64,000 bases of DNA from an uncultured delta proteobacterium (GTDB taxonomy: Bacteria; Myxococcota_A; Polyangia; Polyangiales; Polyangiaceae). A program made the position numbers and the translations under genes. This document shows, piece after piece, positions 39,911 through 49,390 of the stretch (its first letter is position 1; the number at the start of each line of letters is the position of its first letter). The DNA lies in the NCBI GenBank assembly GCA_963763745.1, contig CAVXQJ010000016.1, positions 257,029 to 321,028 of the forward strand. Direction: 5' to 3'. The notes beneath the pieces were generated by a model. The model made no database searches. It worked only from the letters and a program-made list of their open reading frames with translations, and was not told where the DNA came from.

Positions 39911-40209
39911 GGCAAGAACAATCCTTGAATGCCGGCGAGCGCGGCGACGGCGATCACGGCGACTTCGAGCATGCGCGCGGCGCGCGCGAGATCGCGCCGC
40001 GCGACTTCGAACGCACCGATGCCGACGATGGGCGCGACGTACACGCCGATCCACAAACGCCAGAACGTCGCGATCTTCACGGACGCCGTGATCACCGCTG
40101 GGTTCGGCTCTGCGACGAAGAAGACTTCATACCCGCGCATGACGGCGTACACGGCGGGAACCGTGAGGACCGCCGACGCGAGCGCGACGCCGAGCGCGGG
40201 TTTGTTCAC
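39907..40209 (-). CDS. Small (about 100 aa) integral membrane protein, hypothetical
   Basis: VNKPALGVALASAVLTVPAVYAV..., three hydrophobic segments; GTG start 8 nt after the preceding stop. Confidence 0.35.
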   Translation of the reverse strand: MNKPALGVALASAVLTVPAVYAVMRGYEVFFVAEPNPAVITASVKIATFWRLWIGVYVAPIVGIGAFEVARRDLARAARMLEVAVIAVAALAGIQGLFLP

Positions 40210-40216
40210 GTGCGCA

Positions 40217-41020
40217 TTAGAACCCGAAGCCGACGAGCGTGCGAAACCAAATGGGGCCGTACGAATCGACGCCCGCATCGAGCACGCGGCCGAAGTTCGA
40301 CACGCGCATGTAGATGCCCGACGTCCAGAAGAAGTTGCCGAACGAGAGTCGCAGCGTCGGGCCGATGTAATGATGCGGTCCGCCGTTGAAGTCGCCGGAC
40401 TCGGGCGCGTCGGAGCGCACCTCCGCGCGCATCCAATATTCGAAGCCTGGAAAAACGTTCGGCGTCGCTTGCACCGTGAAACCCGCCGTCGGGTTGAAGA
40501 CCCACTCGCGGCGGCCGGTGTAATAAAATTCGTATTCGAACCACGCGTTCGCGAGGAGCCGCACGGGACCAAAGCGGCGCTCGAGGATGACCTTCCACTC
40601 GAGCTCGACCTCCGTGTTCGCTTCGCTCACCTCGCCGTAGAGCGCGACGTCGATGGGCCAGTCGCCTTGATCGGCGAGCCGCCATCGGACGCGCTGCTTT
40701 GCGCCGTTGCCTTCCGTGAGCGAAGGGATCGCAAAATATCCGGAGGCCTCGGGCGAGAGCGTCACGTAGAGGCCGAGCTCGACGCGATTCGACAGGCCGT
40801 ATTCGACTTCGGTTTGGAGCTGCGTCGCGAGGTAACGTTCGGGTAGGCCGTTCGCGTTCAGCGCCATCACGGGAACGAGATCGACGTACTGCTCGACTTC
40901 GCCTTGGCCCTTCGGGTTCGTGTCCGTTCCGTACGTGAAGGGAAGGGGCTTCGGCGTCGCGCCCGCGGTGCTCGCGAGCGTGATGATGCACGCGCCAACG
41001 AGCGGACCACGCACTACCAT
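40217..41020 (-). CDS. Outer-membrane beta-barrel protein, hypothetical
   Basis: Signal peptide MVVRGPLVGACIITLASTAGA; alternating amphipathic beta-strand pattern; C-terminal ...TLVGFGF aromatic terminus typical of OMPs. Confidence 0.55.
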   Translation of the reverse strand: MVVRGPLVGACIITLASTAGATPKPLPFTYGTDTNPKGQGEVEQYVDLVPVMALNANGLPERYLATQLQTEVEYGLSNRVELGLYVTLSPEASGYFAIPSLTEGNGAKQRVRWRLADQGDWPIDVALYGEVSEANTEVELEWKVILERRFGPVRLLANAWFEYEFYYTGRREWVFNPTAGFTVQATPNVFPGFEYWMRAEVRSDAPESGDFNGGPHHYIGPTLRLSFGNFFWTSGIYMRVSNFGRVLDAGVDSYGPIWFRTLVGFGF

Positions 41021-41568
41021 TGCGACAGCGACAGCTCCGGCGCGAAGACGCAGTCGTTGTTCTGCGCGCTCGAGTGGCAGCTCGTACACGCGCCGCAGCT
41101 CGCATACGGCGAGCCGGCATTGGGCTCCGTGCCGCTCCATTCGAAGCCCGTGCCGGCGTCGGGCGCGAAGAGTCCGTACCACTCCCAACCTTCGCAGCCG
41201 CTTCCCGCGTTGAATCCGCCGCCGCGCTTTGCCATGGCGAACACTTGCCAAGTCGACGGATCGCTCGTCACGCGGATTTGCTTCACGATCATCGTTCCGA
41301 CGGGAAATGCGGTCGATCCGTGCGCGGGCGATTCGTTCATGAACGCGACGCGCGGGACGTTCGCGGTGTGCGCGCATGCGTCGCCGATCATTCCGCCGTC
41401 GCCGCCGCCGAGATCGTACGACGTCCACGATTCGTAGCTCGCGAAGTCGCTCGGGAACGCGACGAACTCGCCCGCGTCGTCCGCCTGATGCACGTCGGGC
41501 GCGCACGCGGATGCGAGCGCGCATACGGCGATCTCAAAAATGAATCGTGATGCTCTCGATGTCGCCAT
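41014..41568 (-). CDS. Cytochrome P460-like haem-c lipoprotein
   Basis: Lipobox VCALASAC; single CXXCH (CTSCH) near the C-terminus followed by NDCVF. ...AFPVGTMIVKQ... and ...GGGFNAGSGCEGWEWYGLF... resemble cytochrome P460 conservation from memory. Confidence 0.5.
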   Translation of the reverse strand: MATSRASRFIFEIAVCALASACAPDVHQADDAGEFVAFPSDFASYESWTSYDLGGGDGGMIGDACAHTANVPRVAFMNESPAHGSTAFPVGTMIVKQIRVTSDPSTWQVFAMAKRGGGFNAGSGCEGWEWYGLFAPDAGTGFEWSGTEPNAGSPYASCGACTSCHSSAQNNDCVFAPELSLSQW

Positions 41569-42046
41569 AGCCGCAGTCGGTGGTGGGTGGTGCGTGGAGA
41601 TACGCGTCACTGGCGATCGTGCCGTGCGCGGTCATGCTGGGTGCGTCGAACGCGTCGAGCGTGAGCGTGAGCGTGCCGTTCGGAGCTTCGGTGCTCCCGG
41701 CTTGGAACACGCACGCCGACTTCGCGGAGATCGCGGTCACGTCCCACGACGAGGCAGAGTCGTTCGTGAGCTGACCGATGGTGGGAGCGCTGCCGAGATC
41801 GATCGACGCCGCGATGCGCTCGAGCCCGGTCGTCTTCGTGTCGATCTTCAGCATCCAATCGCCGCCGGCGTCTGCGTCTTGCGAGACCGTCACGCACGCG
41901 GGCTCGCTCGACGCGCTGTACACGTTGCCCGTGAGCACGAAGTCGCACGTGCTCGGCCCGGCGTCGTTCGCGGAGGGCGAAGAGCTGCACGCGGAGAGCG
42001 CCAAGAAGGCGAGCTCACAGACTCTTGAGATATTCCGTGAGCGCAT
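41534..42046 (-). CDS. Lipoprotein, hypothetical (170 aa)
   Basis: MRSRNISRVCELAFLALSAC lipobox; overlaps the 3' end of the upstream disrupted CCP-like gene by 32 nt. Confidence 0.5.
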   Translation of the reverse strand: MRSRNISRVCELAFLALSACSSSPSANDAGPSTCDFVLTGNVYSASSEPACVTVSQDADAGGDWMLKIDTKTTGLERIAASIDLGSAPTIGQLTNDSASSWDVTAISAKSACVFQAGSTEAPNGTLTLTLDAFDAPSMTAHGTIASDAYLHAPPTTDCGYGDIESITIHF

Positions 42047-44250
42047 TCAGATCCTCTGGCGAGAGCGTGATGTTCTTCGTCGCGGCGAGCATGCGCGCGG
42101 CGGCATCCGAGAGCGTCGCCGCGCTCCCGTCGTGGAAATACGGCGGCGTCGACCACACGCCGCTCAGCGACGGCGTGTCGAAGAGACACGCACCGCGCGC
42201 GTTCCCGTCGATGTCGGTGTGCGCGACGTCGGGAAACACGCCGCCGTTCACGCACGTGCCGACGTCGTGCAGCGTGATCGGTCCCGACAGATCGAGCGTC
42301 GGATTGTCAAAGCCCGAATCGGTGAAGCGCGGGCCCGAGTGACACGTCGCGCATCCGTTGTTTTGGAAAATCGCCTGACCCTTCGCGACGAGCGTCGCGT
42401 CGGTCGTCGGCGGGATCGGCAGCGGGATGCCGAAGTTCACGTACGTCGCGATCGCGTCGAGCAGTTTTTGCGATCCCCGAATCCGTCGCGTCGAAGCGCC
42501 CGCCTTGCTCGATGTTGATCGTGCGCCAGTAGTCTTGGACCTCGGTTGCGATCCGCCGTGCGAAACAGGAACCCCGTGCCGAGCATGCCGCCCGCGTTCG
42601 TCGGCGTGTCGCGCGGGCCGGGCGTCGAAGCGCCACGTGACCGCGTCGCTGCGTCCTTCCATGTGACACGTCGCGCACGCGACCCAGTGGTTCGTCGTGA
42701 TGGGATACTCGTCGCTGTTCGCGGAGTAGAAGAGGTGCTGCCCGAAGCGCATCTCGGTGGGCATCGGATCGGACGCGAGCGTCGCGATGGGCGCGCCGTC
42801 CACGGTGAGCGTGAGCGCCCCGTCCGTGCGATTCACGTCGAGCACGACGACGTCGTTCGTGTTGCGCTCTTCGACGTAGGCGAATGTCTCGTCGGGCGAG
42901 AACGCGATCGCCTCCGGTTGATGACCCGGAAGCGGCCGCAGCATCGACGACTCGACGTGACGCACGGCGTCGACGACGAGCACGTCCTCGCTGTTCGTGT
43001 CGACCATCAGCGCGAACGCGCCGTCGCTGCGTGAACGCGACCGCATGCGGACCGGACACGACGTCGGCGAACGCGCCGTTCACGCCGGGCACGTCCTGCG
43101 CGTTGATCGACATGAGCCGCTGCACGTTTCCTTCGGGCGTCATCACCGCGAGCGCCGCGAACGTGGTCGACTCGAAATCGAGATCGGGCTGCGCGGTTTC
43201 GGTGCCGAGGAGCGAGAGTGCGACCCAGAGCTCCGTCGTCGCCGGGTCTTGGCGCGATGTCGTAGAGACCGCGCGGCTGTCCGTTCGCGAGACGCTTGTC
43301 TCCGCGCGGGTCGACGTCGGGAATGACGAACGGCGGCTTCGCGGTCATGGTGGCTCGGATCGATCGCCGTCACGCCCGCGGTGAGAAAGTGCGATCACGT
43401 AGAGCGTGCGCCGCCGGACCACGCGAGCGCCCATGGCTCTTGTCCGACGAGGGCGCTCGACTTCACCGTGAGCGACGCGGCGTCGAGCCGCGCGACCGTG
43501 TTGTCTTGCGAGCAAGCGACGTAGAGCGACGCGCCGTCGCGGCGAGAGCAAGATGCCAACGGGCTCGCTGCACACGGCGACGCTGCTCGTCGCCGACGCC
43601 GAGCCGACGTCGACCGCGTGCACTTTTCCGGAGCGCTCGCCGGTCACGTAGAGCGTCTTCTCGTCCGCGCGAGAGCGCGAGCGCGCGCGGCATGACGCAC
43701 GGCGCATACGCGCCGTTCGCGTCGACCTGCGGATGCGCGCGGCGCGAGGAGGACTTCGCGCTTCAGCGTTCGCGCGTTCGCGTGTCGAGGATCGAAACCG
43801 AATCGGCGTCGGGGTTCGACGACGAAGAGCGTCGCGCCGTCGCTTGGTGATCGCCATCGCCGACGAATGCAAGAACGGTCCCGTCACGCCGCGCGTCGGG
43901 GCCCGCGTCGTTCGTGCCCGCTCCACCGTTGCACGCGCACACGAGCCACGAGGCGCGATCGAAAGCGCGCTCCTCACTGCGCCCTCGCGACGTGGAAGGT
44001 GATCTGCGACGCGAGCGCGGCGGGCAGCTTCGCGTCGTCGATCTCGGGCACGCAATCGTGCTCGCGATCCGACGTCGTGCGTGCGCTGTCCGCCGATCGG
44101 AATTTGTTCTTCCGCCGCTGCCGCTCTCGCCCGTCAGCGTGCGCTCGGCCATCTGGAGCCCGCCGCGCGGAAGATTGCCGACGACGTTGACGCACTCGCC
44201 CGGCCAGTCGACGAGGCGGTTGTCGTTGCGATCGTCCCAGCCGTTGAGCA
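42015..44250 (-). pseudogene. Multiply frameshifted gene for a YVTN-type beta-propeller fused to a di-haem cytochrome c peroxidase/MauG-like domain (upstream boundary approximate)
   Basis: Two CXXCH motifs (CATCHMEG, CATCHSGP). Between them the coding sense passes through all three frames within about 200 nt (...AVTWRFD | TPGPRDTPTNAGGMLGTGF | EVQDYWRTINIEQGG | GSQKLLDAIATYVNFGIPLPIPP). Propeller fragments (FSPDETFAYVEERNTNDVVVLDV, KTLYVTGERSGKVHAVDVG, NPDADSVSILDT) are scattered over at least 4 frame segments. Confidence 0.55.
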
Positions 44251-44259
44251 CGAGCTTGT

Positions 44260-46452
44260 TCAGCCGGCCGACGCGCTCTTCGAGGATCGGCTCGAGCGTC
44301 TTGTCCGCCGGGTCGCGCCGCGACGAGCTCGTACACGTCGCGCAATGCGCTCTGCAGCAGCGCGAAGCGCAGCGGCGTGTACTCGACGTCGGTCATCGGC
44401 GCGGGCGTCGGCGAGTAGATGCGCGCGTCCGCGTCGTAGAACGTCGCGTCGAGTCGCGCATACACGGCCATCGCGCGGTCGCGGTATTTCACGTCGCCCG
44501 TCGCGAGGTACATCGCGAAGAGCCCGCGAATCGCCGCCGCGTGCGCGTCGAGCGTGTCGTTCGTGATCCGTCGGCTGCGAGGTCGCGACGTCCCAACCGG
44601 AGTACGCGCGGCCCGTCGCGTCGGTGAGGTGATCGTAGAGCAGCGCGCCTTGCGCGCGGAGCATCGTCCTCACGCGCTGCGAGAACGTCGCGCTCGACGG
44701 ATGGTTGATCGGGAGCGCGTCGAGCGGCGTCGAGACGATCGCGGTGTCCGGCGTGTTGTTCGAATAGAGCTCGAGCTGCGAGCACAGCGCGCGGAGCGCC
44801 GTGCGCATCGCGATGATCGCGTACGCGACCGACGTCGTCGCGACGGTCGTGCCGCGCGCCGGCGTGGTCCCGTTCATCGTGACGTCGTCGACGAGCACGC
44901 CCGACGGGTCGCGCGTGGATGCGATCCATGTCGACGAGCGCGACGCGCAGCATCGCGAGCGCGCGATCGTGCAGCGTGGGCTCGCCGTCGGCGTTCTGAT
45001 TGTCGGCCGCGAACGGATCGCCGTCGAATACGCACTGCGCGGTCTGCGAGCCGCCGACGTCGGCGTTGTTCGCGTCGCGTGATCGCGTAGAACTCGGAGT
45101 AGCCGAGCACGAGCCCGGCGAGATCGAGCAAGCTCGCTGTCGGCGACGAGAGCGCGTACGCGGGCATCGGAAAGCCGCTCGCGTCGTCGCTCTCGGTCAC
45201 CGCGATCGCGCGCGGGAACCAGCGCAGCGGCGCTTGGTAGTCGTACGCGAGCGCGTCGCAGCGTCGTCGCGAAGCCCGAGAGCGTCGCGCCGTCGCGCGG
45301 TCGTGAGGTTGCATGAGCCAATCCTCGGCGCGGTTGTCGAGCTCCTCGATGAACATCTGCGCCTGGAAGCCTTCGATGTCGCTCGAGCCGAGGAACGTGC
45401 CCGGCGCAGTCGCCGCGCCCGTGTCGTCGGCGCCGACGATTTGATTGCCCGGCGCGCCGACGTTCGCGAGATCGCTCGCGGCGACGCGTCGCGACGCCCG
45501 CCTCGGTCGAGTCGTGCATCACCTGCAGGTAGTTGAGCACCCAGAGCCCGTACTTCCACGCGCTGAAGCCGTCGGCGCCGGGCGTGATCGACCGGTTCGA
45601 TCTGCGACGCGCGATCGCGCAGGTGCAGCGTCGTCGCGTCGCACTCGTAGTCGGCGCACGTGAGCGCGCCCGCCGATCCCGGATCGTCGTCGGAGCTGAT
45701 CGAGCAGTACGAGGTCGACCGGCGCTGGTGGGCGCGATCGTCGGATCGAAGCTGCGGAACACGTGCACCGTGGGCCAGATGCCGGGCCAGCCGAGCGGGT
45801 TCTCCGACGCCTGTCCTTTCGCCGAGCGGGTTGGCGTCGCCCGGTCCGCGCGGCTCTGCCGCGAGGTTCGGTTGTCGCGGAAACGTGCTCGCCGGAAACA
45901 CGAACGCGCCGAGCGCGTTCGCTGCCCTGCGCGAAGTGCTGAACGAGCGTCGCGAGCGCGCGCCGTCGCTTGCGCGCCATGCAGCGCGCCGCCCGCGTTG
46001 ACGAGCGGACCGTAGACGAGCGAGGTGCCCGCGCCCGACTCGAACGCGATGTTGTTCATCGGTTGCTTCGAGTACTCGTACGACTCGACGCCGGTGGAGA
46101 AGCCGGGAAGATCGATCCACGCGCCGCTGCGCGTTCGGTGCCGTCGTCGAAGTAGAGATCGTCGGGGACGTGATCGCGGCTGTAGTCGGTGAGCTCGCGA
46201 CCCATCGACTCGGCGAACGGCTCGCCGGAGATCTGCATCTCGCCCGACGCGAGGAAGTGCTCGCGCGTCACGAAGCGCGTGCTGCCGACGCGTCGCGGTG
46301 ATCGTCACGAGCGGCGGCGGTGGAGGGGCTTCGACCGATGCGTCGAATCCACCATCGGTCGGGGTCGGCGCGCTTGGACCACATGCCGCAAACCCAATCC
46401 CAGCGAAAACCGCTGCCGAGAAGTTGAAAGCGACTTTCATCTTCATGTTCAT
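44260..46452 (-). pseudogene. Heavily frameshifted large lipoprotein gene, possibly an (alpha/alpha)6-barrel glycosidase/epimerase-like protein
   Basis: Lower-GC N-terminus MNMKMKVAFNFSAAVFAGIGFAAC (lipobox). Real-looking segments alternate with frame breaks: HFLASGEMQISGEPFAESMGRELTDYSRDHVPDDLYFDDGT, WIDLPGFSTGVESYEYSKQPMNNIAFESGAGTSLVYGP, GADGFSAWKYGLWVLNYLQVMHD, ...ALLYDHLTDATGRAYSGWDV.... At least 8 frame changes. Confidence 0.45.
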
Positions 46453-46460
46453 TTACTGTT

Positions 46461-46506
46461 CTTTGCGGGATTCGCAAAGACAAAACCTCAAGTTCGGATC
46501 CGAACT
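46461..46506. promoter_or_regulatory. Two palindromes between tandem minus-strand genes: CTTTGCG-GGATT-CGCAAAG (46461-46479) and a perfect 16-mer AGTTCGGATCCGAACT (46491-46506)
   Basis: Read directly. On the minus strand the 16-mer hairpin is followed by GAGGTTTTGTC (terminator-like for the 46533 gene). The second hairpin ends 9 nt before the ATG of the 46452 gene. Confidence 0.4.
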
Positions 46507-46532
46507 TACGGGTGAGGTGCCGACCGATGGCG

Positions 46533-47453
46533 TTACGGCGCGTCGCAGAAGTCGGCGTAGCGCTCCACATCGAGCGCGGCGATGACGGCGCTGCGCTCGC
46601 CGGGACGGTAGCTCTCGTAGAACGCGACCTCGGCGTCGCGATATGCGGGCCACACCACGACGGCGTCGTTGATCGCGGGAAGCGTATCCGGCTCGGCGTC
46701 CGCGCGCGCGGTCGCGAGCGCGCGCGCGGCGTTCTCCTCGGCGATCGCGAGCTCGGGCGCGCGTGGGATCCAATTCGATTGCATGAGTCGCTCGATGCGC
46801 GTGTGGCGCCTCTTCATTTGCGCGAGGATCGCGGCGCGCATCGCGGGATCGCGCATCGTGCCGCCAGCGAATCGCGCGTAGGTGATCGCGCCGACCTTGA
46901 ACGCGTAGGCGTCGTGCGCCTTTGTCGCCGCGGCGAACAGCGCCGCGCGATCGCTCGACATGGTGCGCTTGACCACGCGAAGCCAGATGTCTTCGTTCTC
47001 GACGTGCTCGGCGATGCACGCGCTCGATGCGAGCGTCGTCATGGCGAACGCATCGCACGACCCGAACGCCGCCTCGTGCTTCGCTTCGTGCTCGCGCACG
47101 GTTTGGACGGATGCGTCCTCGAAGCATCCGTCGAAGAGCGCGAGACCGCGCTTCGAATCCGCGGGGCCTCCCGTTCCGTCGATGAGCGACACCGCGAGCT
47201 CGAGGCGCGCGAGCGATGGCGATACGTGGTCGCCGCACGGATCGGATTTCACCTCGCGCTCGAGACACGCACGTGCCTTGGTTGCGTCGGGTGATGCGCC
47301 GTCGGGAGCGTACGCGCCGCACGGAAGCTCTTCTTCGTATGCAGCGATGGGAGCGGCCGCGTCGATCGCCGGCGCGGCGAGCGTGACCGATGGAGCCTCC
47401 GCGGCGCGACAACCGATGAAGAGGACAGCCCACCAAACCCGCACGCCGTTCAT
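46533..47453 (-). CDS. Secreted hypothetical protein, possibly DUF1311/LprI-like (weak)
   Basis: Signal peptide MNGVRVWWAVLFIGC; about 300 aa, helical, several conserved-looking Cys. Family call is a guess. Confidence 0.45.
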   Translation of the reverse strand: MNGVRVWWAVLFIGCRAAEAPSVTLAAPAIDAAAPIAAYEEELPCGAYAPDGASPDATKARACLEREVKSDPCGDHVSPSLARLELAVSLIDGTGGPADSKRGLALFDGCFEDASVQTVREHEAKHEAAFGSCDAFAMTTLASSACIAEHVENEDIWLRVVKRTMSSDRAALFAAATKAHDAYAFKVGAITYARFAGGTMRDPAMRAAILAQMKRRHTRIERLMQSNWIPRAPELAIAEENAARALATARADAEPDTLPAINDAVVVWPAYRDAEVAFYESYRPGERSAVIAALDVERYADFCDAP

Positions 47454-47473
47454 GCTAATGGAACGCTCGGCTC

Positions 47474-49390
47474 ATGACCGTGCTTCAAGTCTCCGACGTA
47501 CGATTTGGTTACGGCGGCGACGTGCTCTTCGAGAACGTCACGTTCACGCTCGCGATCGGCGAGCGGGCCGCGCTCGTCGCGCCGAACGGGGCAGGGAAGT
47601 CGACGCTGCTTCGCATCGTGGCTGGCGAGATCGAGCCCGACGCGGGTAACGCGGTGATCAAGAAGGGAACGACGGTCGGCTACTACCGGCAGTCGCACGA
47701 GATCGACGCATCGGGCGACGTCCTCTCCGCGCTCTTGTCCGGTTACGGCGACGTGCTCGCGCTGCGCGAGAAGCTCGCCGAGGCACAGCGCGAAGTCGGC
47801 ACGGGCGACCACGACGCGCTCGAGCGGCTCGCGCGCGTCACGGACGAGTACCACGTGACGGGAGGCGACGCGGTCGAGCACGAGGTCGCTGCGATCGCGC
47901 ACAAGCTCGGTTTCACCGAAGCGGATCTCGCGCGCCCCGTCGAGTCGCTCTCGGGCGGCGAGCGCGGGCGTCTTCGCCTCGGCGTGGTGCTCGCACAGAA
48001 ACCAGAGCTTCTGCTCCTCGACGAGCCGACGAACCACCTCGACCTCGACACGATCGATTGGCTCGAGTCATACCTCCGGTCATACCGCGGCGCGGTGCTC
48101 GTCGTGTCGCACGACCGCGCGTTCCTCGACGACACGTGCGAGCGCACGCTGGAGCTCGGTCGCAAAGGTCTTCGCGTCTACCCGCTTCGATACAGCGACT
48201 ACGCGATCGCGCGCGAGGAGGACTTGGCGCGCGAGCGCGCGCTGCTCGAACGGCAAGAGGCCTTCATCGACAAGACCGAAGACTTCATTCGCAAGAACAT
48301 CGCGGGACAAAAGACGAAGCAAGCGCAGTCGCGTCGCAAGATGCTCGAGAAGCTCGACAAGCTCGAGCGGCCCGAGGACGTGTGGCGCGTCGCGGACAAG
48401 ATGAGCGTGCGCTTCGCGCCCGCGGCGCGAACGGGCGACATCGTGCTCGATTGCAAAGACGTCGGCGCGGCACGCGGCGGGCGCACGTTGTTCGACGGCG
48501 TCGAGCTGCTCGTGCGACGCGGCGAGCGCATCGGCATCGTCGGTCCGAACGGCGCGGGCAAGACGACGCTGCTGAAGATCGTCGCCGGTCGCGGCGACCC
48601 GAGCGATCGCGGGAGCGTGCGGCGCGGAACGAATCTTCAAGAAGGGTATTTCGATCAGCATTTGGGAGAGGTCGATCCGTCGCGCACCGCGGTGGAAGAA
48701 GTGCGGCGCGTGCGCGGCGACTTCACCGTCGAGAAAGCTCGCGAGTACCTCGCGCGGTTCCGCTTTTGGGGAGACGACCCGCTCCGCGTCGTCTCGGGCT
48801 ACTCCGGCGGCGAGCGATCGCGCCTCGCGCTGGCCAAGCTCCTCCTCGAGCCGCGGAATCTATTGTTTCTGGACGAGCCAACCAACCACCTCGACATCCC
48901 CGCCGCGGAGATCCTCGAGGAAGCGCTCGTCGCGTTCGAGGGCACGGTGCTCTTCGTCTCGCACGACCGGCGCTTCCTCGAGAACGTCGCGACGCGCATC
49001 GTGTCGGTGCGGGACGGTCGCGTCGAGATCTACAACGGCGGCTTCCGCGATTACGTGCAAGATGCACACAAAATTCGCGAAGAATCCCCTCCGAAACCGC
49101 AGAAAAAATCAGCGCCGCCTCCGCCTCCCAAGAAGGACGAGGCGCGCGCGACGTTCGAAGCGCAGAAGGCGCGCGCGCGGGAAGAAGAGAAGAAGAAGCG
49201 CCGTATTGCAGAATTGGAGAGCTCGATCGCGGTCGCGGAGACGGAGCTCGGCTTGATGCGCGAGAAGCTGAAACAGGACCCAGGCGGCGATTGGTCGCGT
49301 CTCGCGGAGCTCGCCGAGCGCGAACAGGAGCTATCGCGTAAAGTCGATGGGATGATGGCCGAGTGGGCGAAGCTTTCGGAGGCGTCGTGA
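47474..49390 (+). CDS. ABC-F family ATPase (tandem ATP-binding cassettes, EttA/Uup-like translation factor)
   Basis: Two Walker A motifs (APNGAGKST, GPNGAGKTT), two LSGGE signature motifs, and a charged inter-domain linker and C-terminal coiled coil typical of ABC-F. Confidence 0.9.
   Translation: MTVLQVSDVRFGYGGDVLFENVTFTLAIGERAALVAPNGAGKSTLLRIVAGEIEPDAGNAVIKKGTTVGYYRQSHEIDASGDVLSALLSGYGDVLALREKLAEAQREVGTGDHDALERLARVTDEYHVTGGDAVEHEVAAIAHKLGFTEADLARPVESLSGGERGRLRLGVVLAQKPELLLLDEPTNHLDLDTIDWLESYLRSYRGAVLVVSHDRAFLDDTCERTLELGRKGLRVYPLRYSDYAIAREEDLARERALLERQEAFIDKTEDFIRKNIAGQKTKQAQSRRKMLEKLDKLERPEDVWRVADKMSVRFAPAARTGDIVLDCKDVGAARGGRTLFDGVELLVRRGERIGIVGPNGAGKTTLLKIVAGRGDPSDRGSVRRGTNLQEGYFDQHLGEVDPSRTAVEEVRRVRGDFTVEKAREYLARFRFWGDDPLRVVSGYSGGERSRLALAKLLLEPRNLLFLDEPTNHLDIPAAEILEEALVAFEGTVLFVSHDRRFLENVATRIVSVRDGRVEIYNGGFRDYVQDAHKIREESPPKPQKKSAPPPPPKKDEARATFEAQKARAREEEKKKRRIAELESSIAVAETELGLMREKLKQDPGGDWSRLAELAEREQELSRKVDGMMAEWAKLSEAS

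Noticed and set aside
43306-43348. MTAKPPFVIPDVDPRGDKRL... as the start of the CCP-like gene
   Set aside because: It has no signal peptide although the product must be periplasmic, and propeller-repeat fragments continue upstream in other frames. It is more likely an internal segment of the decayed gene.
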